Source: Phoronis australis
Taxonomy: Eukaryota > Animalia > Phoronida
Length of the DNA stretch: 64,000 nucleotides
Direction: 5' to 3'
Assembly (NCBI GenBank): GCA_002633005.1
Contig: NMRA01000494.1
Coordinates: 144,187 to 208,186 of the forward strand
In this document: piece after piece, positions 36,109 to 48,823 of the stretch
Position numbering within the stretch: the first letter of the stretch is position 1
Layout of the letters: every line of letters begins with the position of its first letter
Notes under the pieces: generated by a model
Told to the model about the DNA's origin: nothing
Database searches by the model: none
The model's input: only the letters and a program-made list of their open reading frames with translations
Position numbers and translations under genes: made by a program

Positions 36109-39100
36109 TTGATCCCACATCTGTACATAGGAATACCACTGCCATACCCTATCGAGAATTCACTTCATCTGGGAATGTCCCAACGTGACAGAAGACATGT
36201 CACTTGCGCAAGTACTAAGACATCTTAAAATGTGAACTTGATGCATTGGACCAAGTAACATTCTAAGCAAACTGCATCAACTGATACAAAACAGTTGTTA
36301 TACTGCCCCGAGACCGCGCGTTTGTACACACAGTTCCCATGGAACGTGTATTAGACTCGTCAGTGAGTCTATACACTCACAATGTTTTCTTGGCTGTCAA
36401 AAAGTATGCAGTAACAATTAAGCTATTTATAGCTAGAACATGACCTTAAGTCAACAGAGACAGTTGCCTTAACCAAGGAGAGTCGTTTTACAGTGAGATC
36501 CTAGTGTATGTCCTAGCGTTACAGTACTTTACCTAGGTGAAACCAAGAACACTGAGGCTAGTCTTCTCAGAAGCGAGCTTAATTAACGTTCCACTAAGTA
36601 GAGTGTTTAGAATGTAGATACGATCAGACGCAGCTCGGTGATACAGGGATGAAGACCAACTCCCAAATTTCCCCTTGTTGTTTTAAACCCATATGTTACT
36701 CTACAAGTGAAAAAAACTTAGGCCACCCCTTTTAAACCCATATGTGTCACCAACCAAATAGAATTCTGACACGATGAGAGAAAGGAAAAACCCTGGTGAA
36801 CAGCTTGTGAAATGAGTGCGTCACTACCGGGTGGGGGTGACTTTAGCTGCGAGGAACAATGTGATCGATGGATGCTTGGCCTGTCAGCAATGAATCCTAT
36901 TCAGGCGGTAATACAGCAACTGGTTGTTTAGAGTTTTATTATGTTCAGAAATAAATAAAAAGACCAGCGGCTGCAGTTCAAGCCGCATATTTTGCTTATA
37001 TAAACGATGTAGTCACTTTTCACAAACTCACAATCAAGACTCGCTCAAATCATGCATGGGCATTTGCAGACGTCACAACGGACATCAGAATGTGAATAGT
37101 GACACACACTAACGGGCAAGAGCCCGTACCAACACACACTTCCCCTATTGAAAATGTCGTCTCGCCATCACAAAGTAAACTGAACTAAGTTTTGACAGAA
37201 TACAAGGTACATAATCACAACAGATAACTGACAGGGAAAATAATATATCATTAGGCATACCATGGTCATATAGAAACAATCAAACAATAAAGACAATCAA
37301 CTGGTACCAAAATCATGATGCAACACCTAAAAAACGTAATTTTTGGGCATCCTTCTGGCACAACATATATACCTGACAGGTGTTAGAACTCTAGGTTAAA
37401 AGTGCACTCTTCATGAGGGTTGTACAAATGAATGTAACCATAACACTACACAAACACTTATTACAGCGTTTACATCAGTTGCAATAGGCTTGAGAAAGTT
37501 TATATGAAGCACATGTGTTTTACCCAAAACCCCATTTAACTGTTCCACAATGTATACAGCTATGTTCAAGTCTAGTTGTCTATCTGGCTCATACAGTTCA
37601 GTTTCCCAACGGTCATCACGTTTGTGAGTACGAATAACTTTCGTAACAGTAGCATACACCTGTATTCATTAGCCAGTACTAAGCTCCTAGTGTTATATTA
37701 CCGACTTCGTCTACGTTTTTATACGCTAAAAACGTGCCAAGACTACGGTACGCTAGGAGAAAAATGAAAAGGATATCTGCCGTCTACACAGTAGCGTTCA
37801 AAGGTTCGGTGATGTCCGCGGATTTAATGAATGGCCCTTTCTCTACTCAAATGCAGGGACCCAAGTACTACTAGCGAAAATTTAAACTTGAAATATAAAC
37901 TAAATTCAATTTAACTAAAATCAGTAAAAATTCCGAAAAGTTTATTCATAGTGGATGCCAGAGAGCGTTGCACCGTCTTCTCTTCTCTCTGTTACACTGC
38001 TGCAGCTACGTCACACCGGCTATAGGATAACCTACCATACGCAACGTTAAAAACGATAACGGTGGTGTACTGATCCTACATGTACGTGCCGCGTGTGCGT
38101 CCCACCCGCTGTCCGTTATAATGAATATTTAATTCGTGAGAATACAGCATCTGATGAAAATGCGAATTAGATATAGCGAACTTGGCTGAATTTCTTCTAT
38201 GACTGCTTCATGTAGACGAAGACAGGGTATCAACACCTTTGAATATTCTTAACTTTTGACGCTCATATGTACCGGGCAGATGGTGTCAACACCTTTGGAC
38301 ATTAAGAGCCTGGGAAGCTCATTTGTACCAGAATGTGAATTGATGAGCAATCTCAAACTACGATGCATCGATATACTCGTCTTTTGCAACATCATTCAAG
38401 TAAATAATGACCCTTTAAAGCTATATAATGTTTTACCTTAGCTCGGTTTTTCAAAATTTTGACCTTCGAACTTCTTAGTAGCGTACACATGATGATGATA
38501 CATATATCTATGCATTACAATGTATATAAGCACATGCTACTTGACGTTAATATTTACAGTATGTACATACGTTTGCTTTTTAGCCCTAACATTATTCGTG
38601 CAAGAAAACACGGATACTTCAGTGTAGAATATATCTGATCAGAAAATATCCCGCCCATTACGTTTCTCACCTCTACAGTTAGTATTGCAGCCACATCAAA
38701 ACCTTTATGCATTAACTTTGAAATGTAAAATCTAAAATAGTTTCTAAAATGATTCTAAGTAGAGGACTCGTGCCACCTAGTTTGATGCACGGATGTATTC
38801 TCCTGCAGATCATCTCAACTCACCAATGCAACCTTATTAAACGTTCGAATAGAAGACACAAGGGACCACAAAGTCCACAACGTCAGCATACCTATGAAAC
38901 ATTACTTAGCACCCAGGTAAAAAGTAAAAAGTAATGTAAATTACGAAGCTACACACAGATGAGATAATGAAATGATTCCCACCTTTTCCTTTTTCATTTC
39001 TTCAGCAATAGGGTAACGTCTTATGCCACATTCCTTGTATCAAGGTACCTTTGAGTCTGTTCCAAGTTTAGTGACGTGGCTGTTTTTCCAGGTTTCGATT

Positions 39101-39917
39101 TGTCATTGTAAAACCCAATGACGTCACAATGCGTTAAAATTGGAGAGTCGTATCTCACGACCATTGAACCACGTTAGTGAGTCTATACCTAATGAACAAT
39201 GTACACTGTATGTAAGAAGGGCTCGAAAAATGTCAAGTGCGTCAGCCAGGTTGTTTATACACGCGGGCAAAAAATGTAATTTAAAAATTTCCTGTGCTCA
39301 TTGGTCTAAGGACTCGTAACAATGGTGGAGGACTAGCACCAAGATTACAGATTCTCGTATATGGCCATGGTCCAAATCTTAATTGTCAGCTAGATTCTTG
39401 TCCCCAATTCCCCGTTTATTTGAAATATCGCAGTCCTTTTCATACACGGACATACCTTTCTCTTCCGGGGACAAACCGACGGAAATTTTTAGGAGAAACG
39501 ATCACCCTTTAGACCAATTAGAGTTACGCGTATGCGACCATTTGTGAAGTGTTTTGGAGATATACTTAATTAGCCCAAGAACAGATAGGCACTAAAAACA
39601 GATCTTAAATTAATAAACACAGATTCGTTGAAATGTTGAATGCACATTGGGTTAATACTTCAGTATCGTTGATCAAGCTGAAACAACAAAGGGACTATCC
39701 GTGAGGTCAATACACAATTGGTTCTAGACTGGTTCCAACTAACAGTTGGCCAACAGCAAGTTGTCACTAGTCTGCTATTTTTCTATGATGCTGCCCCTCT
39801 CCTACTGCACTGATCCTCTCAGATCACCTCTTACTGCGATGCTGTACATACACCACTTGGGTCACTCCCGCACCGTTTTGGCCTTGTTAGGTCTTTAGAA
39901 AGATGCAGAGCCTTGGC

Positions 39918-40860
39918 TGAGTATTGTGAATGTGTCAGCAACGTATCGTTTCCACATCTTTGGGGGTCTGTTAGCTGAGCTGAGCGCTGTTTGTTCGAAC
40001 CACTCCATATACAAGTCAGCCTAGAATCAGAAAATCCATCAAAGATCCTTGATCATCTCAACAGCATAGCGCCTACAGTTAGATTCACGATTGAAGAAGA
40101 GACAGATAACAGTGTACCAGTCCTGGACGTGCTAGTGACTCGTGTTGGAGGACAGTTAACAACGTCAGTCTACTATATGAAGACCCACACATGACGATAT
40201 CTTGATTTCAACTCCACCACGCCAAACGAGTAAAGAAGAGTATAATCAAATGCCTTGCATCAAGGTAAAAAGAAATATGCAGTGATACAGCACTCCAAGC
40301 AGAAATGGCCAACATGACGGAGACATTCGAAAAAATGGCTACCCAAAGGATTTCATCAACTTGACATAGCAAAGAAAAAGGAAAATGGCAGAAGAACGCC
40401 CACTGCAGACTATGTGTTTACCGTATACATGTATATGCGGAACGCATAGGTAAAGAATTTAAAATAAGAACAGTATGCCGCCGCTCAGACACACTGGGTC
40501 GGCGATTGACAAAAGTCAAACCAAGAACTGACATGTGGAAAAAAGAAAAAAATGTCATATATGAACTCCCTTGTGAATGTGGTGAATCGTATATCCGCTA
40601 AACACTGAGACCACCAGAGACGATAATTGCTGAACATAACAGGTGTTGTAGAGAGGGTAATACCTCATCAGTAGTAACAGAACACATTTGGTCGAAACAA
40701 CACAATATCCTGTGGAATAAAATCTGAATACAAAGAAACAGGTTGGACCAAGAGAAAGATCAAGGAAGACATGTACATGGAAGTACAAAGCATTGTCTTC
40801 AGTCAGCCAAGCAAACAACCAAGCGACACCTGGCTCAGTCTACTTAGGAAGATTTAAGTA
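39918..40860 (+). mobile_element. Penelope-like element (PLE) remnant: RT C-terminus and GIY-YIG endonuclease, with 5' inversion
   Basis: Minus 40022-39918 reads ADLYMEWFEQTAL...PKMWKRYVADTFTIL. Plus from ~40021 reads LESENPSKILDHLNSIAPTVRFTIEEE...VLDVLV...TSVY, then RYLDFNS, KNGYP and VIYELPCECGESYI. Frameshifted. Confidence 0.85.
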
Positions 40861-40888
40861 TGATAAAATACCCTCTAAGAAAATGGAT

Positions 40889-40968
40889 GACTCCGTGGCG
40901 TAGAGGTTAATGTGCTGAACTCGATTTATCCGTAGTTTCAGAAATCGTGGGTTCAAATCCTACCTAGA
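40889..40968 (+). promoter_or_regulatory. tRNA-like head with Pol III A and B boxes in the PLE 3' region
   Basis: A box TGGCGTAGAGG at 40896-40906; B box GGTTCAAATCC at 40950-40960. No intact acceptor stem. Confidence 0.6.
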
Positions 40969-41024
40969 AGAACAAAAATCGCACCATGTACCAAATATCC
41001 GTGCTCGTACTTCTAACAACGCGG

Positions 41025-41060
41025 GAACACCTGATGATGGCCGGCGAAACGTCGTGATAC
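41025..41060 (+). ncRNA. Minimal type I hammerhead ribozyme core (PLE pLTR type), stem II degenerate
   Basis: cac-CTGATGA-tggccggc-GAAAC-GTC-gtg. The conserved core is present, with a 3-bp stem I (cac/gtg) and a palindromic ACGT stem III. AATAAA follows at 41065. Confidence 0.6.
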
Positions 41061-42559
41061 TGTAAATAAACTAGAGGTCGGTGTAAATAGACCAAGAGAC
41101 TTTAATTAATGCAATGGAAGGTTTTGCGTTTGCTATTATGTTGGGATAAGTTCTCATATTGCTCAAGCCAAGGGTTCACAACGAACTAAACTTGAGGTAG
41201 GGAACAATAAACTTCATCAACTGTTTCTGACATTGTGTATTCATGAATGGAGATGTTTTCCACGATGCTGGAAAATCAAATTCAAGTCCAAACTAAAGCT
41301 GTGTACTTCTCAGTGAATTTATGTTATGGCTTTCTTATACGAACAAGGCAAAGAAAAAAATGTGAACGTGTACGTTTGTGTGCTGGTTCCCTATATTGTT
41401 TTACTGATATACTGCATGTTGTATAACAGAGTTTCAATTCTTCGAACTGAAAGAACACAATTTACTGATATACTGCATGTTATTGCTCATTGTTCCCTGG
41501 ACCCTTTATTGCACCATCCTTATGTTCCCCAACAACTGTTTTTCTGCCACTATGCCCCTTTCCCAATGTTTCACTCCAACTCTATGTTACCCGTTCTCCA
41601 TTTTCCTTCGCTGGTTAAGTAAGTTTCTACATTTAAATGGTGATATTTTGGAGCGCCTAAGGTGCACGAGCCCAGGAGTGTGCACAAAGCTATATCAAAA
41701 ACACTTAACGTCCATGGAAAAAAAACTCATTTGAAATGCACATGTTTGTGCTTACGTTGTTTAAGTCGAGCACCAGATTGTAAAATAATTTCAGTTGAAC
41801 AAGAGGCCAACGGCCCGTAGTTCACAATAGTACATACAACCTTTGTCAACGTGTACTCAGCCATTAAAGGTTTAGCATTTCATTAATGATTATCATTGCC
41901 CTTTGAATGAACTTGGGGCTGTATTAAAGTGCTTGCAGTTCTTGAGTTACATATACAGACACCTGAGACTGGTCTCTAATCTTTTTACTCAATATGGAAC
42001 TCGAAATTATGCTTGGCATTTTCAACTTTACTTTTCTGCGAACTCAGGATGAGTGTCTATTATTCTATGCTCGAGTTAAATAATGATTTACGTGGAAAAC
42101 TTATTCGTCCTCGTTTGCAGTTGATAAACACAACATTAAGATTAAAATTCGAGTTTGAGCTCGAAATGTTGAATTTTACTCGAGTTCGGGGTCTTCAAAT
42201 GCAAACACAGTGTACTAGAAATTCAAAAACATGAACTAAAATGTACTCGAGCACAGTCTGATAACCACTCATTCGAAATGGCTCCAATGGAGCCAGGGCA
42301 AAGATTAAAGACCGGACCCTGATATCGTGTCAGCGTGGCACGAATATATTTCTTAAGTCTACCAAGACGTACCATAACATGCTCTTCTGCTTCAATCTCT
42401 CCAACACTACAGATATTACAAGTTGTTTTTACTTCCGGTTTACCATTCCTTCTGTGATTTTATGTTTGTATCGCGTGAGTTTAGGATCTAATGCTTGCTT
42501 GGTAAAATATCTTCTGTCACCTCATCTAGCACATGAATACTATTCACAAGACAACTCAT

Positions 42560-43390
42560 ATATGACTCCTCCGTAAAATTCGCACTTATTTATATTTACA
42601 GCTTCCAACAGCCAAATTTGAAATGTAATATCTCTCAGCCTTTGTTTGTATTCTGACGCAAATATTATTCATCACCAATTCCATGCCGAAACCAGATGTA
42701 TACACAATATTTTTACGACTACATCAATTATTTTTACTGAGCAATCACTTTTCTTATTAAAAAAAACATTCTCTTAGAAGTCCATCATCCTACATTGCCA
42801 ATATTTTCAAAAAATATTTTACATGCCTATTCATACCAATGTAAGATACATATAAACCATGACCGTAACGTTCTCTCTTCACTGTGCCGTTAGTCAACTT
42901 TAATCCAGTAAACAAAGGGGATTTTGTTTGAACATTTTAAATGTATTTGCATATCTAGTACTCCATATCTCTGCTTCATGGACTGAAAGTAGAACACCGT
43001 ATATTCAGAGTAACTGTAAGTCTTCGACTCAACACTCTTGTAATACCATACTTTTATTACATTGTAGTCCATCTTTCTTAAAAATGACTATGTTTGACTG
43101 CTGTGCGTTTACCCACATATTCCACTTCAAATAGAAATTATCTAGGTAATCTAATCGTCTCTATATTTCAGCTATGGACTCGCCAACTAGAGTCATGTTG
43201 CTGGCATATGCTAACTAAAGCACATTCTCAATGGCCAAGTTAACTTAAATACATGTACCACTTCTTTTTCCAGTTTTCATTTCAATAGCAAGTCCATGTA
43301 TACACTTAGAGAACAATAATATACTTAACATACGATCTTGTTTGACTCCCTTCTTCTAGTCAAAAGGTTGCAGTATTTATTTTAGCATGT
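42560..43390 (-). mobile_element. Decayed non-LTR retrotransposon RT fragment (RTE-X/CR1-group-like)
   Basis: GVKQDRMLSILLFSKCIHGL...LAYASNMTLVGES...RLDYLDNFYLKWNMWVNAQQSNIVIFKKDG is a degenerate GVRQG..LSPxLF..YADD..KWxLxVNxxKTxIVIF. Confidence 0.65.
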
Positions 43391-46300
43391 ACAGTTGAAT
43401 ACCTACTGTGTATACTTTTCAGAAGTGGTTAAAGCAAACCTGTTGATGTTATTATATGCAACATGCATCGCACAATGTGGAGATGCATGGGTGATTACTA
43501 TTTCAAACATTCCCACTACAAATGGAGCAATGACTAACTGAATGACGGAATTGAATGAACATTTTGCAATCAAAGAACCATAACACGGGGTACAACATTC
43601 AAATAAAATACATTGCACCCAAAACAACAGAAAAACATTGAAATAAACAACAGCAATGTTCTGTGCCCGTTCACATGAACAGTCCCAAATGGAGACTCAA
43701 TTAAGTTCGTTATATCTACTGCGTATTTGTGTGCTTATGAAAACTTTGATTTCTTTTCTTATGCTATTTGACTCTCGTTAACTAATAATTTTTGTTGCTT
43801 TTAATTCAAGTTAGATGGTAATTGTGCGCTGAATTCTCAGTATAACTGAAAATAGGATCTTTTTATGCAGCACCCCTGACGTGAGGATTACATGCCTTAT
43901 CATATTCAGTACAAGTAAGGGATCATGTTTTAGCTATTATTTTGAAAATGTCACTAGTCAAATAAGAGGTCATAATCAGGATAAAAGAATAGAAAGAGTA
44001 ATACATATGTGAGTAAAGAACGAAACCAATAAGCAAAGAGCTTTTGTAACTTAATTTTGTCCATGTTTCATGCAGCCGGGCACTGCAGCTAGGTCTTTGC
44101 TAAAAGCTGAAACGTCATAACACCGAGAAGTCAGAAAATAAGTTTTGCAACGTTAGTTTCATATCTGTTGTAGATTGGGTAAGGACATATGTCAAAACTT
44201 GAGAAATGCTATATCTCAAGGGATTACGTGATGAAGTGGTGATCCATCAGAAGTCATTACTAGCCATGGTATAGTACGCCACAATCACACAATACTGAAA
44301 ACTCAGCACAGTTCCATAAACAAAATCGTATCACTTTTATCTTGACCCAGGAAGAATATCTTTTAAGTAAAGTCGGTGCATCTGATAGATTTAACACACA
44401 CAACCGAAACAATTCTTCCAAAGAAGGGCACTGGAAGAAAAGTGTATTTAGTCCAAGCTATAGTACTGCGGGAAGCACGCGCACAAACTAAGACGTTGGC
44501 AAGCATAAATTGCACTGCACTAAAGCACAGTATACTTTTGCAAGACAATATGAACTCAAAGTTTTAGAAACTTCTGTTCAACTAATAGTGATCTTATTCA
44601 GAAAACAAAAAGTTAATTACTATTGTCGCATCCTTCTAAAAATGGTGATACGGATCACGACGGATTCTAAAAGTTCTTTACGAGAAACAAACATTTCATT
44701 TGACTGCCTTAATGAGGCTGAGGCACCATGTTTTTTAATGTAATTATTTTCCGGAATAAGACCTGTACAAGTGTTACAATCGTGCGACGTCACTTTACAA
44801 TTTTTCAAGCCAATTAATGTACGTGATTCAACTGTATCGCCGATGTGTTCAGTGAACGCAGAGCAGTGATAAATAGCCCAAGACAGCCCTGTTTTTATTG
44901 CAAGTGTAGTGATGATATACCTTCTACTGCTTATCTTCATGATGTTCTGCTAGTCAAGTCTATTTTTCTGCAGCTTTCATCCTTATATGTACTTACACAG
45001 GGAAATTCCTTGACTGCGCCTTAAAGGCCATTGTCATTGACGCAAAAGAAGTAACAAGGCGCAAGTACATTGCAACAGTGGGATCCCGGGCACCTCTTTT
45101 GAAGCTCAACACTCTTCCAAAAATGCAAGACCATTATTTTGGTTCATGTTTCGTGGGTGGATCACATAATTTTCGGTGCACGTGATATCCCCATCGACCA
45201 AATCGAGCCCACTGACTGCGTCACTCAGAAATCCGCCATTTTAGAAGTGCTACATGTACTTCTAGAGATTAAGTTTGTTTTTTGACGTAAGACATGACCA
45301 GCAGAATTTTGCAGTAGAGATGAGCTGAGAAATTACTGCAAACCACAATCATACTGAGACATTCTGTAAATTTTAGTTTAGATATCTGAATGTGAACAAA
45401 CTCTACAGCTACATAAACCCGCTTTATAAGAAAGAAATAGCATTTCCTTGCAAACCATTTACTACAACTGGGCATAAGTCGTTCCTTTCTCAAATGATGG
45501 TTGGGGTTTTACAGTAACAACACTGTGTCATTATGCGGGATCGTGAGTTGCGACACATGTGGTGTTCATACTCACTGGAATCTAAAACTAAAAAATCGAC
45601 CAGTTCTTGCCATGCCCAGAGACATTGAAATTTTGAATATCTTGGAATAATCTAGTTTCTAGAATATTTGTGGAAGAAATACTGGCAAATAGTTAATATG
45701 GTATTGATATCTTCAAAATTACATCCAAAATATGCTGTCAAAATAACAATTCTATCCAACATTAAATCCTGTTGTGCAGTTACGTAAATTAAAAGTTTCT
45801 GAATTTCACACCACAAAGTTTTCACAGAACCACATTCAACAAACATATGGTTAAAAGTCTCAACACTTCCACAAGATACACACTTGTCATCACTGACTAA
45901 GTTCATCTTTTTCAAAATATGTTTTGTAAACACTTTTTATGAATATAGAAGTACTTAAAGGTTTTGAGATAAGGAAGTAACAAGAGTTTGTGTGGAAGAA
46001 CATAAATTTGTTTAATTCGTTGTCTAAAATAAATGTCAGTTAAGCTGTACTCTACATCAGGAGGCAAAACAATTTTGGAAAGCAAAACATTTCTAGAAAT
46101 CATATTAGTAATTTGGCTTGTCTGGGGATGTATGCATTTTGAAGTCGAAGGATCAGCTTTCAACTTAATCGCTGGTCTCAAAGCAGCATAATGAATCCAA
46201 TTTGAAAGCTTATGTCTATTTTTCAAAACCTCCCATGTCTGAAATTTCTTTCCAAAATTCAAACGATCCTTCGCAAAAGAAACTATTAAAGAATACAGTC

Positions 46301-47731
46301 CTCCTATTAATCAATTTGTTTTTGTTATTCCACACTACTCGGTTTACAAGTAATATGTCCTTATGTAAATGATCACTAATTTCGTCCCAAGAAATCAAGA
46401 TGTCAAGATAGAAGGTATTAATATTTGCAAGAGACAGCAATTTACAATCATAGTTTGATTTAAAGATCAAAATATCTCCATATGTTTTAAAAACATACCC
46501 TGGAAACACTTTCATTGTTTCATTGTTTCCATCTAAGCAACGCGTAACCCACTTAACTAATAATGACTTGTACATAATATTTATATCATGAACAGATAAA
46601 CCAACACTTTCATGGGTATTTACAGCCATATTTTTTTTTAATTCTAGGTGATTTATTTTGCCAAACAAAATTTTTATCATAGTATTTATCTTAGCTCTAA
46701 GTTTGCTGTCAATTCCTAAATTGCTCATCACATCAATTATTTTTGACAGGGCAAATGTTTAAATTACACTGATCCTTCCTAACCAGCAAATATGGAGACT
46801 TGTCCAGATATCAAGAGACTTTTTTAGACTTAATTTTGAATTCAAGACTTAAAAAATCATTTTCTTTTTTGTTATGGCCACAAAATATTCCCAGACTCTT
46901 GATTGGTTTGCCAGTCCACTTGAAGCCATCAAGTAGATTCAGAACACTCATTTTCTCTTCACATATCTAAATATTTAGCTGGAGACCAGAGATTAAATCA
47001 AAATGTTCTAAAACTTTGAGAAAATTCATGCCAGAATTTTTGTCATGAAGAAATAAGGTAGTGTCTGCGTACTGGAGAATTTTAACTTCAGTTTTCTCAA
47101 CACTTATGGCTTTAACTTAATTACATTCTCATGTACAATTGGCCATAACTTCAACAGCTTGGCAAAATAATGGACCCGACAATGAATCACCCTGTCTCAC
47201 ACCCCTTCCTAAACGAAAATAATCTGTTGTAAAACCATTATTGACAACACGGGCTGTTGATTTGTTATAGATTATTTCTACCAATCGTGTAAAACCCTGT
47301 CCGAAAATAAAAGCCTCCAAATCTTGAAAAATAAAGTCCTGTTTTATTGTATCATGCGCCTTGCAAAAGTCCAAAAATAAAACGTGTCCTTGACCATAAG
47401 TAATTTTTGTATAAGAAATTATATCCTGAATGATACGAATAATGTTTCCAATATATCGTCCTTTAAAGGCGAAGGCAACCTTTTTCCATGTCATTTTGAG
47501 CTAAAATAAGATTGGTTGGTTATCCTAGACATATTTTCCACTTAATTACAGCTTTTCGTAATTTTATTAATTACTCGTCCGCTCTTTCGGAAGTGACGTT
47601 TTAGGAGGCAAGCATTTAGCGCCAATTTCTTTTCCTATAGTCTGACTGTGAGAGTTGCCGAGTCAGTCATTGTTCTACCACGGTTGTGTTAAATTCCGTC
47701 GTCGTTTGCTTTCATTTACTAGTCAGTCAAT

Positions 47732-48727
47732 ATGCCACACTGTTGCTGCGTACCAGGATATACTAATTATCGGCTCACGCGCGCTTTGGGAGTACCTTTG
47801 CATCGCTTTCCGATGGATGACACACTTCGCCGTACTTGGCTCGTTCATGTGAAGACCGCAGCGTTACCCGTCCACGCAAAGTACAAAGCAGTGGAGAATT
47901 ACCGTGTGTGTGGCAAGCACTTTCTGCCGTCCGATTACGAAAGGGATTTGTACGCTGAACTGATGAAGGTCCCTGCGAAACAACGTCTGAAGAAGGTTGT
48001 CATTCCGTCTATGTTGATTCCCGGCAGTGCCCCGTCGCCACCCTCGAGAAGTGCGTATTTGAAGCGAGAAGCCTCGCGAGCTGTGGCCAGTACAGTGACT
48101 GGAGCCAGTGGAGGCACTTCATCTACTGTCACCCGTGCCTCCGAACGTACCCCAGAACGTGCAATTCCTGGAACCAGTAGTGATTCGCTCTGTGCTGTTT
48201 TCTCCAGCCCAGAGCCTCTAAGCAGCCCTGCAGCGATATTGAGTAGTGGGAGTGATTACAGGCTCAGTTCGACACCCAGTGAAGAGGACAGTTCGTCGTC
48301 CAGTGAACAGATCGGTGAGCCAAATTTTGATAAGTTTATTGTGGACTTGTCTAAAGTGTTGGAGCTATTTAGAAGGTGCCAGGTGTGTGGCGAGGGAGTC
48401 ACACGACACGATGTAAGCAGTTTGGGTGCTCAGGTCACCATCCAGTGGGAGTGTGTCGCGGGACACTCTGGCAAGTGGGACAGTTGTTCCTCTGTCCGTG
48501 GTATGCTGGAGGTCCACTTAACCGTGTCCGGTAGTGGCTTGGCCTCGTCGAACTCTGAACAGCACAAGCATTCCATTGAGGTAGGCAACAACGCACACAA
48601 TGCATTTGCACCAAGATGTGTCACCACGTCTGTCCTCAGTAGCCGCCTCGTTTCTCTCAACAGCTGCCTGTGCCTGTGTGTACTCTGCCTCATTATACTC
48701 GGGCTCAAACATGTACCCACCCACTGA
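47732..48727 (+). CDS. Truncated Kolobok transposase ORF: THAP zinc finger and CxxC...CxxxH motif, DDE core deleted, reading through into antisense KolX
   Basis: MPHCCCVPGY...LHRFP...W...VCGKHF...LKKVVIPS (THAP; the second Zn-ligand Cys appears to be replaced by Y); FIVDLSKVLELFRRCQVCG...WECVAGHSGKW. Sequence after ~48518 is antisense KolX. Confidence 0.8.
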   Translation: MPHCCCVPGYTNYRLTRALGVPLHRFPMDDTLRRTWLVHVKTAALPVHAKYKAVENYRVCGKHFLPSDYERDLYAELMKVPAKQRLKKVVIPSMLIPGSAPSPPSRSAYLKREASRAVASTVTGASGGTSSTVTRASERTPERAIPGTSSDSLCAVFSSPEPLSSPAAILSSGSDYRLSSTPSEEDSSSSSEQIGEPNFDKFIVDLSKVLELFRRCQVCGEGVTRHDVSSLGAQVTIQWECVAGHSGKWDSCSSVRGMLEVHLTVSGSGLASSNSEQHKHSIEVGNNAHNAFAPRCVTTSVLSSRLVSLNSCLCLCVLCLIILGLKHVPTH

Positions 48728-48823
48728 ATGTCCGTGAAAAAATTCCTCGTCACCACTGCTGTGAAAAAGGTCTCCGTCACTCACACTACGGTCACTGTGA
48801 TACGGGTCACCGACTCCAGCCAT
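48518..48823 (-). pseudogene. KolX 5' fragment (P2X7 C-terminal ballast/ZCD-like), frameshifted and truncated
   Basis: GYMFEPEY...RRGDTSWCKC, frameshift near 48601, then LCALLPTSMECLCCSEF; resembles the WCxCGxC..P...E.LCC motif. Confidence 0.75.

Noticed and set aside
45021-45260. Third TTAA-starting Kolobok-like end (TTAAAGGCCATTG)
   Set aside because: No matching right terminus found by eye.
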